A stretch of 64,000 nucleotides of DNA, taken from NCBI GenBank assembly GCA_965204725.1, contig OZ242005.1, positions 3,872,001 through 3,936,000 on the forward strand. The letters run 5' to 3'. The stretch is from Candidatus Latescibacterota bacterium (GTDB taxonomy: Bacteria > Latescibacterota > UBA2968 > UBA8231). This document shows positions 12,374-22,635 of this stretch, piece by piece. The first letter of the stretch is position 1. Each line of letters begins with the position of its first letter. The position numbers were made by a program, and so were the translations under genes. Under the pieces are notes generated by a model. It was given only the letters and a program-made list of their open reading frames with translations, ran no database searches and had not been told where the DNA came from.

Positions 12374-15300
12374 ATGGAAAAGCCGAGCCAGTACCCCCTG
12401 CCGCGCTTTTCGGTCAACCGGCCGGTGACCGTAGTAATGTCGCTAGTCGCATTGCTAGTGGTGGGCTACATCGCCTACACGCGGATCCCCCTGACCCTTT
12501 TTCCCGGAGGCTTTGACTATCCCCGCCTCTTCGCCTGGGCGCACTATCCCAACGCCGGAGCAGTCGAAGTGGAGGAGAAGGTCGTGCATCACCTCGAAGA
12601 GGCCGTCGCCCAAGTCAGCCGGATCAAGCGGATTCGCTCCAACGCCTACAGCGGCGGCGGCAATGTCCAAGTCGAGTTCCAAAAGGGCACCGACCTGCAA
12701 CTCGCTTTTGCCGAGATGAAGGACCGGCTCGACCGAGTCATGCCCGAGCTGCCCGACGAAATCGAGCAACTGTGGGTCCGGCGCTGGGATCAAAACGACA
12801 TTCCGATCATGGAGGGCGCGATCACCTTTGAGGCCCAATACGCCGACCCGCGCCAATTCATTGACGCCTACGTGGAGCCGGCGCTGCGCCGCGTCAATGG
12901 GGTCGGCAACATCGAGCTTTGGGGATCGCCGAGCAAGCAAGTGATCGTCGAGCTGGACCAAAGCAAGGTACACGGCCACCGGGTCAACGTGTTCGAGGTG
13001 CTCAACAGCTTGCGCGCCCAAAACCTCACCGTCCCCGGGGGCTGGGTGATTGAGGGCGGCAAGAAGATCTATGTGCGTTCGGTGGGCCGCTTTGAGAACG
13101 TCGAGGAGATCGCCAACACCGTGGTCGATCCCGAGTACCAGTTGCGGCTGGGCGACATCGCCGAGGTTTCCTATAAGCGGCCGCAGCAAGACTGGGTCAA
13201 CCGCATTGACCGCAAGGAGTCGCTGGCCTTCGGCGTCACCAAGGCATCCGGCGCCAATGTCGTCGAAGTTTCCAACGGGGTGAAGGAAGCACTGGAAGAG
13301 CTAAAAGACCATCCCAAGCTCGAAGGGTTGGACTTCAAGCTGTTCTGGAACCAAGGCGACCAAGTGACCAACTCGGTTGACAATCTCAAAAATTCCGGCC
13401 TGTGGGGTGGGCTGTTCGCGGCCTTGGTGCTCTTTTTCTTTTTACGCGCGGTGCGCATCACCCTGATCATCACCTTGGCGATCCCGCTGTCCATTCTAGC
13501 GACGATTACCGCCCTGTACTTCATAGGCTGGTCGTTGAACATGGCGACGATGATGGGCCTCATGCTGAGCTTGGGGCTGGTGGTTGACAACGCCATCGTC
13601 ATCGTCGAAAACATCTACCGCAAGCGCCAAGAAGGCATCGCCCCACGCCCGGCCTCAATTGAGGGCGCCGGCGAGGTAGGACTTGCGGTGACCATGGCGA
13701 CCCTGACGACCGTGGTGGTCTTCCTGCCCCTGATTCTGATGAGCGACGAGGAAATGTTTTCGTTCTGGATGCTCAGAATCGGCCTCCCGGTCATCGCGGG
13801 GCTGGTGGCCTCGCTGCTCATCGCCCTGATCTTCATCCCGCTTGCCGCGCTCAAGCTGGCGACGAGCAAGGAAAAAAGCGAGCCTCGGATGATCGCTTGG
13901 ACCCGCAAGCACTACGTGCGCTCGCTGGGCTGGGTGCTGAACAATCGCCTCGACGCCTTCGTCATCGCCTTGGTCCTGCTCGCCAGCATCCAGATCCCCA
14001 TGAATGGCATGGATCGCACCGACAGTCAGGAGCGCAACGAGGTGCGGATGGACTTGGCCTTTGAGATGCCTTCGGGCCAGTCGCTGGACCAAGCCGAGCA
14101 GTTTATGGCCGTCGTCGAGGATACGGTGATGGCCCACAGGGCCGAGTACAATGTCGAGATACTCCGCACGTATTTTCGCCGCGGCTGGGGGCGGGTGACG
14201 CTGTTTTTCGCCGAGGGAGAGGACGCGGAGTGGTATCAGGTGGCTTGGGACAATTTGAGCGTCGCGCTGGGCCTGAAGGAACGGGAACACCTCTCCTACA
14301 AGGAGGTCGAACAGGACCTCCGCGAGCGGCTCTACCTGCCGCCGGGCGTCACCTTGCGGGTCAACTGGGAAAACTCCGAACAAGATCCCCGAGTCAACGT
14401 CAGCCTGTATGGCGAGGATACCGAGGTGCTGATCGGACTAGCCGCCGAGGTCGAACGGCGGCTGGAGAGCATCCCCGGCTTGCTGTCGGTCAATACCGAC
14501 ATGGACCGCGGCGGCACCGAGCTACAAGTGCGCCTCAACCGCGACCAAGTGCAGCGCCTCGGCGTGGACCCCCAGATGGTTTCGGGCAGCATTGCCTACG
14601 CACTGCGCGGCACGAATATCAACAAGTTCCACACCGACGACGGCCGCGAAGTCGATATCCGCGTCCAGCTCGCCGAATACGGCAGCCACAGCTTAGACGA
14701 CCTACGCACTCAGCGCTTTCCCACCGCTGATGGCCGCGAAGTCCCCCTCGAATCGCTGGCGGACCTCTATGTCGAGCGCACCCTAGGCAATATCCGGCGC
14801 GAGAACCGGCAGACCATGCTCAATGTCAGTGCCCGCGCCTCTAAGGACCGGGCTCAACATCTCTTCGCCCAAGTCGATCAGGCGATGCAGGGCTTTGAGA
14901 TGCCGCGCGGCTACCGCTGGGACAAAGGCTCTCGCTTTGCGGAGCTATCGGAGCAGGACCAGTCGCGGAAATTCGCCCTTATCATGTCCGTGACCTTTGT
15001 CTTTTTGCTGATGGGGGTGCTCTTCGAGTCGTTCGTGCTGCCGCTGTCGGTGATCGTGTCCATCCCATTCTCCTTCCTCGGCGTTTACTGGATTCTATAT
15101 CTGACGGACACGCCCTTTGAAATCATGTCGATGATCGGCTCGGTAATCCTGATCGGCGTGGTGGTCAACAACGCCATCGTGCTGATCGATTTGGCCAACC
15201 GGCTCCGGGCCGAGGGCAAGTCGCGCTACGACGCGCTGCTGGAGGCCGGCCGCCACCGCTTCCGGCCCATCCTGATGACGACCTTCACCACCGCTTTCGG

Positions 15301-15505
15301 GCTGCTCCCAATGGCCGCGGGCAATTCCAAGATGGTGGGTTTGGCCTACGCGCCGCTGGGCAGGACGATGATCGGCGGTCTGCTAACGGCGATGGTACTG
15401 ACGCTGCTATTGGTGCCGCTGTTTTACACCTTTTTCGATGATTTCCGCACGGCCATGCAGCGGATTATGACATCGGCATTTGGGCGCAAACAGGAGGCGA
15501 CCTGA
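12374..15505 (+). CDS. RND efflux permease (second subunit)
   Basis: NRPV, GLVVDNAIVIVENI, VNNAIVLID, RFRPILMT; 1043 aa. Confidence 0.95.
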   Translation: MEKPSQYPLPRFSVNRPVTVVMSLVALLVVGYIAYTRIPLTLFPGGFDYPRLFAWAHYPNAGAVEVEEKVVHHLEEAVAQVSRIKRIRSNAYSGGGNVQVEFQKGTDLQLAFAEMKDRLDRVMPELPDEIEQLWVRRWDQNDIPIMEGAITFEAQYADPRQFIDAYVEPALRRVNGVGNIELWGSPSKQVIVELDQSKVHGHRVNVFEVLNSLRAQNLTVPGGWVIEGGKKIYVRSVGRFENVEEIANTVVDPEYQLRLGDIAEVSYKRPQQDWVNRIDRKESLAFGVTKASGANVVEVSNGVKEALEELKDHPKLEGLDFKLFWNQGDQVTNSVDNLKNSGLWGGLFAALVLFFFLRAVRITLIITLAIPLSILATITALYFIGWSLNMATMMGLMLSLGLVVDNAIVIVENIYRKRQEGIAPRPASIEGAGEVGLAVTMATLTTVVVFLPLILMSDEEMFSFWMLRIGLPVIAGLVASLLIALIFIPLAALKLATSKEKSEPRMIAWTRKHYVRSLGWVLNNRLDAFVIALVLLASIQIPMNGMDRTDSQERNEVRMDLAFEMPSGQSLDQAEQFMAVVEDTVMAHRAEYNVEILRTYFRRGWGRVTLFFAEGEDAEWYQVAWDNLSVALGLKEREHLSYKEVEQDLRERLYLPPGVTLRVNWENSEQDPRVNVSLYGEDTEVLIGLAAEVERRLESIPGLLSVNTDMDRGGTELQVRLNRDQVQRLGVDPQMVSGSIAYALRGTNINKFHTDDGREVDIRVQLAEYGSHSLDDLRTQRFPTADGREVPLESLADLYVERTLGNIRRENRQTMLNVSARASKDRAQHLFAQVDQAMQGFEMPRGYRWDKGSRFAELSEQDQSRKFALIMSVTFVFLLMGVLFESFVLPLSVIVSIPFSFLGVYWILYLTDTPFEIMSMIGSVILIGVVVNNAIVLIDLANRLRAEGKSRYDALLEAGRHRFRPILMTTFTTAFGLLPMAAGNSKMVGLAYAPLGRTMIGGLLTAMVLTLLLVPLFYTFFDDFRTAMQRIMTSAFGRKQEAT

Positions 15506-15508
15506 GAA

Positions 15509-15766
15509 ATGAAAAATTATCACGATGTGAGCGATTTACGTTTTGATGGCAGGTTTATGATGCTGATTATCGACGGCCAACAAAAGCGATTTAACGTAAG
15601 CGATATATCGACTGTACTCGCCGAGGCTTCAAATCGGGAGCGGGCGACTTTTGAAATTTCCCCCTCTGGTTATGGCATTCATTGGCCTCTCCTAGACGAA
15701 GATATTTCTATTGACGGTTTGCTGGGTATCGTCCATACGCCTAAGAAACGAATGCAGATTGTCTGA
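15509..15766 (+). CDS. DUF2442-family protein (putative antitoxin)
   Basis: L..AS..ER..FEIS..GYGIHWP.LDEDISIDGLL signature; AT-richer than neighbours. Confidence 0.85.
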   Translation: MKNYHDVSDLRFDGRFMMLIIDGQQKRFNVSDISTVLAEASNRERATFEISPSGYGIHWPLLDEDISIDGLLGIVHTPKKRMQIV

Positions 15767-15783
15767 GTAGAGCGGGCGGATCA

Positions 15784-17268
15784 TCATCGTCCCAAGCGGA
15801 AGATCTCATAAGACACGGAGGGACAGCCGTCACGGTGGCGATCAATTCTCGCGATCAATTCCCGCTGGGGATACCTAGCGCGCAGCGATTCGGGAACCGC
15901 GCTGCCCGTTCGCACGGCGAAGAGCACTTCTTCTGGATAGGGCGTCTCGCGCTGGCTGTAAAAATCTGTCAGGTCTCGGAATCTCGGGTCGTCAACCGTG
16001 TAGTACTCCCGCTCGGCCCGCCCGTAATACGCCAGCGCGAACGGTATGCTATACTGCGTACTCAGTAGCGGCAGCCGTGGAACGACCTCCTCCACATCCG
16101 CGGCCCAGCGACGCCAGCCGCTATACTCGCAGAGCCGTTCCCTCCACGAGTAGGAAGGCTCGCGGGCCTGATCTTCCTGCGACACCAACCCAACATAGCT
16201 TTGGTCCAGCCCGCTGCGCTCGATGAGGTCGCTGTAAAGCGCGGGGTATTTCAGTCCTAGGCCGATGGCGAGCGATTGCAGCAGCCCGGTGGCGACGAGG
16301 GCGACGAGCAGCCAGCGTCTAGGATATACAGCAAAGGCCGCAGGCCACAGGCTCAGCAAGCCCGGCAGCAGCCAGTTGCCCTTGATTTGGCCGCGGCCGA
16401 GCGCGAAAACTAAAAAAGCACCGACCGTACAGAGCGCGGGCAGTAAGGCGAGGAGGTCGCGCCGTTTGATCGCCGGCCCCAAGCCGGCCCAGAGCAGAAA
16501 CAGCAAAAACGGCGACACAAAAAAGAGCGGACTGACCGCAAAGAAGAGTAAGCGTGCGAGAGGATGGCCGAGGTCGTCGATGCGCGAAAGTGTACTCAGG
16601 GTCTGAGGCAGGTAGAAGCCAGTGCTGAACTGGGCGTAAGTCAGCGGTGCGGCGACTGCGAAGGCGGGCAGTAGGAACGCGGCGAGTCGGTGCCAACGCT
16701 CCTTCCTTTGGTTCCCGAGCGCGATCCACAGGCCCAACCCGCCGACGAGAAAGGCCCCCGAGTACTTGCAGAGGACAGCCAAACCCGCCGCTAGACCCGT
16801 GCATATATAGGGCCGGAGTGCGTTGGTTGCGGCGGCCCGCCGCGCCATGCACAGGGCCAGTAGCCAACAAGGGACTAAGAAGCCATCGGGATGTAGGTAG
16901 GAGCTGGTGTGCCAAGTCCAGTGGCTGAGCGCGAAGGCCGCGGCCGCCCACAGTGCCGGTTGCTTGGCGAGGCCCTGTATCCTGCAAAGCCAATAGACGA
17001 GCGCGGTAGAAAACGCACCCAACAAAGCGGACGGCAGCCGCAGAAACCATTCTTGGTGCGGGTAGAGCGCGTGGGTCAGCTTGAAGACGGCCAAGGGCAA
17101 GAGCGCGTACGAGGCGTCGAGGTGCTGGCCCCAATACCAGTAAACGGCCTCGTCCTTGCCCAGCTCCACCTCGGCGACCAGCCAGAGCTTGAGCAAAGTA
17201 TAGATGCCCAGCAGGGACAACAGATTGACGCTGTTGAGGCCGCCGCGTATATTGTGAAACCCGAACAC
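15784..17268 (-). CDS. GT39/ArnT-like membrane glycosyltransferase
   Basis: DEAVYWYWGQHLD.SY, LRLPS, KY motif, many TMs; start uncertain. Confidence 0.85.
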   Translation of the reverse strand: MFGFHNIRGGLNSVNLLSLLGIYTLLKLWLVAEVELGKDEAVYWYWGQHLDASYALLPLAVFKLTHALYPHQEWFLRLPSALLGAFSTALVYWLCRIQGLAKQPALWAAAAFALSHWTWHTSSYLHPDGFLVPCWLLALCMARRAAATNALRPYICTGLAAGLAVLCKYSGAFLVGGLGLWIALGNQRKERWHRLAAFLLPAFAVAAPLTYAQFSTGFYLPQTLSTLSRIDDLGHPLARLLFFAVSPLFFVSPFLLFLLWAGLGPAIKRRDLLALLPALCTVGAFLVFALGRGQIKGNWLLPGLLSLWPAAFAVYPRRWLLVALVATGLLQSLAIGLGLKYPALYSDLIERSGLDQSYVGLVSQEDQAREPSYSWRERLCEYSGWRRWAADVEEVVPRLPLLSTQYSIPFALAYYGRAEREYYTVDDPRFRDLTDFYSQRETPYPEEVLFAVRTGSAVPESLRARYPQRELIARIDRHRDGCPSVSYEIFRLGR

Positions 17269-17302
17269 AGCAACAATTTTCAGAGTTGTGGAGAATGGTT
17301 TA

Positions 17303-17911
17303 ATGGCCAAAAAAGACGAAGATTTGCTCAAGACCCTCCAAGAAAAAAACCTAGAGCAGAGCCTGTACAAAGCGCGCAAAATTTTCCTTTGGTCCGACGT
17401 CAACGACGAGTCGGCCAAGGATGTGGTCACCCGCCTGCTCTCGCTAGACGCCGAAGACCCAACCGCAGAAATCGTCCTCTACATCAACAGTCCCGGCGGC
17501 TCGGTCTCCGATGGCATGGCCGTTTACGACGCCATGCTGGCGATTCAGGCTCCTGTTTCCACTGTGTGCATGGGCATGGCGATGAGCATGGGGTCGTTTC
17601 TGCTGTCGGCTGGCGAGCCGGGGCGTCGCTTCGCTTGGCCACACGCCCGGATTATGATCCATCAGCCGAGCCTCCTACACACCATCACCGGCACGGCGAT
17701 CGACCTCGACATCCGCGCCAAGGAGACGATCCGCTTGCGCGAAGAGCTAAACGCACTCTACGCCAAGCACACCGGCCAAGCGGTCGAAAAAATCGCCAAG
17801 GACACGGACCGCGACTTTTTTATGTCGGCTGGGGAAGCCAAGGCGTACGGCCTGCTCGACGACATAATCACCACCACGGCGCCCTCGCCCAACGGGTACT
17901 CCAAAAGGTAG
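17303..17911 (+). CDS. clpP: ATP-dependent Clp protease proteolytic subunit
   Basis: YINSPGGS, AMSMGS (Ser), IMIHQP (His), DRDFFMSA.EA..YGL.D. Confidence 0.96.
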   Translation: MAKKDEDLLKTLQEKNLEQSLYKARKIFLWSDVNDESAKDVVTRLLSLDAEDPTAEIVLYINSPGGSVSDGMAVYDAMLAIQAPVSTVCMGMAMSMGSFLLSAGEPGRRFAWPHARIMIHQPSLLHTITGTAIDLDIRAKETIRLREELNALYAKHTGQAVEKIAKDTDRDFFMSAGEAKAYGLLDDIITTTAPSPNGYSKR

Positions 17912-17965
17912 CACCGTCCCTTCGTGGTTTGCTCATCGCGCCGGTCCCAATCGGGGCCGGCGTTT

Positions 17966-18772
17966 TTATTGGCAACTCGGGCAATAGAAGGTGTTGCGAC
18001 CTCCCAAGTACAAGCTCTCAACTGGCGAGTCGCAGACTCGGCAGTCCTCGCCTTGGCGGCCGTACACATAGAGCCGCTGCTGAAAGCGTCCACCCGCCCC
18101 CGCTCCCTGATAGTCGCTGATGGTCGTGCCGCCTTGGTCAATGGCGGCGCGCAGCACCTTTTTGATCTCTTGGGCGAGCACGGCCAAGCGCGGCGGGTCG
18201 AGGGCTGCGGCCGGAGTCGCCGGGTGAATGCGCGCCCGGAAGAGGGCCTCGCTGGCGTAGATATTGCCCACTCCGACGACCGTGCGATGGTCCATAATGA
18301 CGTTCTTGATCGGGCTTTTGCGCCGCTGGCACTGGGCGTGGAGATAGCGGGCGTTGAAGGCGCGGGAGAGAGGCTCGGGGCCGAGGTGTTGCAAGTACCG
18401 GCACGTGTGCTCCTCGCCCGCGTCGAGCACCCGCACTAGGCCAAAGCGCCGCGGATCGTTGAACACCACAGCCCCCCCGTCGGCAAACTCAAAGCCCACG
18501 TGGTCGTGCTTAGTGCCCCACGGCCGCAGGAGCAGGTTGCCGCTCATGCCGAGATGGACCAAGAGCGTCCGGCCCGCTTGCAGGTCGAGGAGGAGGAATT
18601 TGGCGCGGCGACGAGCGGCCACAAAGCAATCCCCGAGCAAGGAGCGCAACGCGGCCCTCGGCAAAGGCTCGCGCAGGCGTTTCGCACTGACGCGGACGCG
18701 GGTAATCGGCCGGCCCAGCAGGTGGCACTCCATCGCGCTGCGGACGGTTTCGACCTCGGGAAGCTCGGGCAT
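17966..18772 (-). CDS. mutM: Formamidopyrimidine-DNA glycosylase
   Basis: MPELPEVE, HLGMSG, DPRRFG, GVGNIYA.E.L, C-terminal zinc finger CxxC...CPSCQ. Confidence 0.97.
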   Translation of the reverse strand: MPELPEVETVRSAMECHLLGRPITRVRVSAKRLREPLPRAALRSLLGDCFVAARRRAKFLLLDLQAGRTLLVHLGMSGNLLLRPWGTKHDHVGFEFADGGAVVFNDPRRFGLVRVLDAGEEHTCRYLQHLGPEPLSRAFNARYLHAQCQRRKSPIKNVIMDHRTVVGVGNIYASEALFRARIHPATPAAALDPPRLAVLAQEIKKVLRAAIDQGGTTISDYQGAGAGGRFQQRLYVYGRQGEDCRVCDSPVESLYLGGRNTFYCPSCQ

Positions 18773-18873
18773 GGGCAGAGTATAGAAGCCGCCCGTAGAA
18801 GCGTCAAACATTGCCGACCGGTCTGCGGTTGGTATATTGAAAACCCTCACTCAAAACGCAGGAGCTATTCCTC

Positions 18874-20175
18874 ATGGATCTGACCAAACAACCGCCTCGT
18901 CGCCCTTCCAACGCCCGCGTCGCCGGCCTCGTCGGGCTGGCGCGCATGATCGACAAGGCGCGTGGGCACAACGCCGAGACCATCGGCGCGTTCAAGTATG
19001 GAGACGACTCGGGCCTCGATGTCGAAGTGCTCGAATTTATCAACATGAACGCCGCCGAGTTCGCCGAGGCCGCCGGCAAATTAAGCGATGCGGCCTTGGG
19101 CAAATTGGCCCTAGAAAGAGCGCAGAAAAGCCAAGCGGAGCTCGATGCCTTCAACGAGGAACACCTCGCCCGCGAGCCGCAAGACGAGCTACACGAGCGG
19201 CTGCTCGTCGAGCGGATCGCCCAATACGCCCCAGAGCGCACGGACATCAAGACGGTCTTCGCCTCCATTGAGCTAGACGATTGGGGGGCCTTTCGGGACT
19301 TGGACCTGACCGCCCAGCCGCCGCGCAGCCCGTACCTCCGCAGCGTCTTTGGCGTGATGGGCGCGGCGCGCATGGCCGACAAGGCGCGGGCAGCCACCTG
19401 CGGCACGCTAGGCGCGTATCGCTTTGGTGCCGACTCCAGCCAAGACGCGGCCATTTTGGATTTCTTGGGCGTTGAGGAGGACGCCTTTCGCCAAGCGGCA
19501 TACGAAAATCCCAACGACGACGAACTGAGCGAGTGGATCGCCGACCGCTGCGAGAAGTCGGCTGCGGACAAAAGCGTCTTCAACGCTTGGCGCGCCAACG
19601 TCGGCCGCTACGGCGAGATGCATCAGCGGCTCAAGGTGCGCCGGGCCGAGGTCGCGCCCGAGCGCGGGGACATCGAGACCTTCTTCGACCTGCAAGACCT
19701 CGACGACGAGTTGAGCTTTGGGCTGACGGACTTGCGCCGGCACCCGCCGCGCAGCGCCTTTGACCAGAGCGTTGGCGGCCTTGCCTGCCTAGCGCGGATG
19801 ATCGACAAGTTCCGCGCCAAAGCAGACAACTGTCTCGGGGAGTACTGGTGCGGCGAGGATTCGGGCTTCGACCGTGCGGTTCTGGACTTTCTCGGCTTCG
19901 ACGTGCAGGCTTTCGCCGCGGCCATTGCGTCCAGCCGAACTGACGAGGAACTGGTGGCGCGGCTGGGCGAGTGGCTGGGCGGCAAGAGCGAGGAAGAGAA
20001 GGCGCAGTTTAACCAACGGCTCCTGACCGCCGGGCCGCGCAACGACCGGCAGCAGAGCTTTTTGCGTGCAGCCATTGCCCGGCTCGACGCCTCGCGCACC
20101 GACATCGAGAGCTTTGCGGCCCTGACCCTCCTCGACGACAAGGTCTCCTTTGCAAGGCTCAAGGCCGGCGTCTGA
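18874..20175 (+). CDS. Protein with three tandem DUF5069-like domains
   Basis: Three repeats of DL...PPR(S)....G....ARM.DK.R......G.Y..G.DS..D...L.FLG. Confidence 0.75.
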   Translation: MDLTKQPPRRPSNARVAGLVGLARMIDKARGHNAETIGAFKYGDDSGLDVEVLEFINMNAAEFAEAAGKLSDAALGKLALERAQKSQAELDAFNEEHLAREPQDELHERLLVERIAQYAPERTDIKTVFASIELDDWGAFRDLDLTAQPPRSPYLRSVFGVMGAARMADKARAATCGTLGAYRFGADSSQDAAILDFLGVEEDAFRQAAYENPNDDELSEWIADRCEKSAADKSVFNAWRANVGRYGEMHQRLKVRRAEVAPERGDIETFFDLQDLDDELSFGLTDLRRHPPRSAFDQSVGGLACLARMIDKFRAKADNCLGEYWCGEDSGFDRAVLDFLGFDVQAFAAAIASSRTDEELVARLGEWLGGKSEEEKAQFNQRLLTAGPRNDRQQSFLRAAIARLDASRTDIESFAALTLLDDKVSFARLKAGV

Positions 20176-20867
20176 TGCCCCGCCCGCTCATCGGCATCAC
20201 CACCAGCCTAAACGCCGACGGCCAGCAAATCCTCGATCCCCAATATGTAGAAGCGGTCGTGCAGGCGGGCGGAGCTCCGCTCGTGCTGCCGATGACCACA
20301 GAACGCGCTGCGCTGCAAGCGGTCTTAGAGCGCATTGACGGTCTGCTGATCACCGGCGGCCCGGGCATTGAGCGCGGCCTGATCGGCACCCTGCCCAACG
20401 ATCTTCCGCCGGTCGCGGCCCAGCGCGACCGTGCCGACCGCTGGAGCTTTGCGGTCGCGCAAGCGCGCCGGTTGCCGGTTTTGGGCATCTGCTACGGAAT
20501 GCAGCTTATCAGCGCCGAGTTGGGCGGCACGATTTGGGCGGACGTGGAAGCCCAACTCGGCGTTGAGCCGCATGCGCGACAGCGAGTTACAGGCGACCGC
20601 ATTGAGCACGATCTCCAAGTTGAGCCGGGCACGGTGCTGGCCGCGCTGAGCCATGCTGGCCCTTCGCGGGTCAACTCCAATCACATACAGGCCATTGACC
20701 GGCCCGGCGCGGGCTTGCATATCAGCGGACGTAGCGGCGATGGCGTCGTGGAGGCGGTTGAGAGCGCGGACGAGCGCTTAATCGGCGTCCAGTTTCACCC
20801 GGAGCTCATGCTTGGGACGATCTGGTCTAAGCTATTCGATCACTTGGTGAGCCGAGCGGCGGGCTAG
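20175..20867 (+). CDS. Gamma-glutamyl-gamma-aminobutyrate hydrolase family (peptidase C26, PuuD-like)
   Basis: RPLIGIT, GLLITGG, LGICYGMQ nucleophile elbow, VNS.H.QA, GVQFHPE. Confidence 0.9.
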   Translation: MPRPLIGITTSLNADGQQILDPQYVEAVVQAGGAPLVLPMTTERAALQAVLERIDGLLITGGPGIERGLIGTLPNDLPPVAAQRDRADRWSFAVAQARRLPVLGICYGMQLISAELGGTIWADVEAQLGVEPHARQRVTGDRIEHDLQVEPGTVLAALSHAGPSRVNSNHIQAIDRPGAGLHISGRSGDGVVEAVESADERLIGVQFHPELMLGTIWSKLFDHLVSRAAG

Positions 20868-20880
20868 GGGTGCTGACTCA

Positions 20881-21858
20881 ATGAAGCAGATTGTGCGACA
20901 ATTGGATATTCTGCGGGAGTTGCAGGCGCGGCGTTACGGGGTGAGTGTTCGTGAACTGGTAGACGAGTACAACGTAGATAGGCGCACCATCCAGCGCGAT
21001 CTGCAAGACCTGCGCGAGATAGGGTTTCTGCTAAACGCAACACGGCGCACCGATCAGCGCATCTACTACCAGCTACAAAAGGACGCCGAACTGCCGCTGA
21101 ACTTCCCGATCATGGAAGTCGCGGCGATGATCTTTGCCGAGCGGTCGGGCATGGGGCTGGTGGGGACTCCGTTTGGCGAGCACCTGCGGTCGGCGATTCG
21201 CCGGCTGACTCAGGCCATGCCCTTGAAGATGCGGCAATTCCTAGAGCGAGCGGCCGAGGCTTATGTGCCGCTGGTGCGCGGGCACAAGCCTTACGAAGGT
21301 GCCCGCGAGATTCTCGAAAACCTACATGACGCCATCCTGCATCGCCGCGTGTGCTGGGTGCGCTACTCCTCGCCCTGGGCGGAGAGTGCCCGGCAGTACA
21401 ACATTGAACCGCTGCGTCTCCTGCCGCATCGGGGCGGTCTATACGTGATCTCGCGGGTGCCTTACTACGACCAGCTCATCACGCAGGCGGTGGATCGCTT
21501 TGAGGCGGTGGAAGTGACCGACAAGGAGTTTGAGCCGCCGGATCACCTGTCGGTTGACGAGCAAGTAAGCAATGCGTTTGGCGTCTCGTTTGAAGAGCCG
21601 ATGGACGTGGTGGTTCGGTTCACCGAGGAGCAGGCACCGTATATATGGGAGCGGGTCTGGCATCCGAGCCAAGCGATTGAAGAATTGGCGGACGGGCGGG
21701 TGGTGCTGCGGCTGCGGGCTGGGGGATTCTACGAGATCAAGAGTTGGGTGTTGAGCTTTGGCGCGGCGGCTGAGGTGCTAGAGCCGGAGGAATTGCGGGC
21801 GGCGGTGCAGGCGGAGATGCGGGCGGCGTTGGGGTTGTATGACGAGGGGGCGATGTGA
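20881..21858 (+). CDS. HTH-WYL-WCX transcriptional regulator (PafB/DriD/YafY-like)
   Basis: N-terminal wHTH RTIQRDL, WYL core (Y....R..EP..L......Y), C-terminal WHPSQ...DG...EIKSWVLSFG....VLEP.ELR. Confidence 0.93.
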   Translation: MKQIVRQLDILRELQARRYGVSVRELVDEYNVDRRTIQRDLQDLREIGFLLNATRRTDQRIYYQLQKDAELPLNFPIMEVAAMIFAERSGMGLVGTPFGEHLRSAIRRLTQAMPLKMRQFLERAAEAYVPLVRGHKPYEGAREILENLHDAILHRRVCWVRYSSPWAESARQYNIEPLRLLPHRGGLYVISRVPYYDQLITQAVDRFEAVEVTDKEFEPPDHLSVDEQVSNAFGVSFEEPMDVVVRFTEEQAPYIWERVWHPSQAIEELADGRVVLRLRAGGFYEIKSWVLSFGAAAEVLEPEELRAAVQAEMRAALGLYDEGAM

Positions 21859-22075
21859 TCTGACGAGATCCACGGACAAGGAGAGTTGTTCCTTAGAGAG
21901 TTCCTGTCAGACGTGCCATCCCTCGTAGGCGCGACATGCCACCCCACCAGAAGCCTTCGACGAACCGATCTCCTCTTCCCATCCCACCCCATCAACACCC
22001 GCCTCCCAAGACTCGTCTAAGCACCCTCCTGCGCCGATCTTGGAAAAATTGATTTCCTCGTAAAAAGTTTCCACC

Positions 22076-22109
22076 TGCGACGCGATCTGTCGCACCTCCT
22101 AGGTAAGTT
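22076..22109 (+). promoter_or_regulatory. Putative WYL-activator-dependent promoter: TGCGAC-N7-GTCGCA palindrome plus TGTCGC-N10-TA-N3-T
   Basis: Perfect 6-bp inverted repeat at 22076-22081/22089-22094; TGTCGC 22088-22093, 10 nt, then TAAGTT 22104-22109; AGGAGG RBS and ATG 22141 downstream; adjacent to WYL gene. Confidence 0.7.
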
Positions 22110-22140
22110 TCCTTTTCCCACAACCAAAAGGAGGTGTGCA

Positions 22141-22608
22141 ATGCGTATTCGCTTTTCTTTTTTCGTCGCTCTGTTGGCCTTCGGCCTTGTCGCCTGCGAA
22201 GGCCCGGCGGGACCGATGGGGCCGCAAGGGCCGCAAGGCGCAACCGGACCGCCTAGGGAAGGAATCGTCATCGAGCGGCAACTGTCCAATGCCCTCTACG
22301 ACGAGGACGGCACCATCTTCATCGAGGATGACCGGATAACCCCGACGACCTTCCAAGCCCTTTATCTCAAGTTCAAGGCAGCATTACCCGACCTCGGACC
22401 CGACGTAGTAGCATACATGCCGCTAGACTATCTCCTAGTGTCTGCGGTATCGTTCGCCCCCGAAGAGAGCGAGTTGGAGACGCCGGTCCTCGCCATCAGC
22501 GAGGGTATGCTCACGATCGTGGACCCTAATAGGATCCTCCTAGGTCTCGCAGTAGAATCTTTTTTTGACGGAGTAGATATCCATCTGGCGATTTTAGTGT
22601 CCCAGTAG
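22141..22608 (+). CDS. Lipoprotein with short collagen-like GPx repeat
   Basis: LVAC lipobox followed by EGPAGPMGPQGPQGATGP; strong RBS. Confidence 0.8.
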   Translation: MRIRFSFFVALLAFGLVACEGPAGPMGPQGPQGATGPPREGIVIERQLSNALYDEDGTIFIEDDRITPTTFQALYLKFKAALPDLGPDVVAYMPLDYLLVSAVSFAPEESELETPVLAISEGMLTIVDPNRILLGLAVESFFDGVDIHLAILVSQ

Positions 22609-22635
22609 GCACCATGTCATCTCGGAGAAAAAACC

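Noticed and set aside
16909-18120. 403-aa ORF and similar long shadow ORFs
   Set aside because: Overlap well-supported genes (GT39, clpP, mutM), are Arg/Pro/Ala-rich and lack motifs; expected in GC-rich DNA
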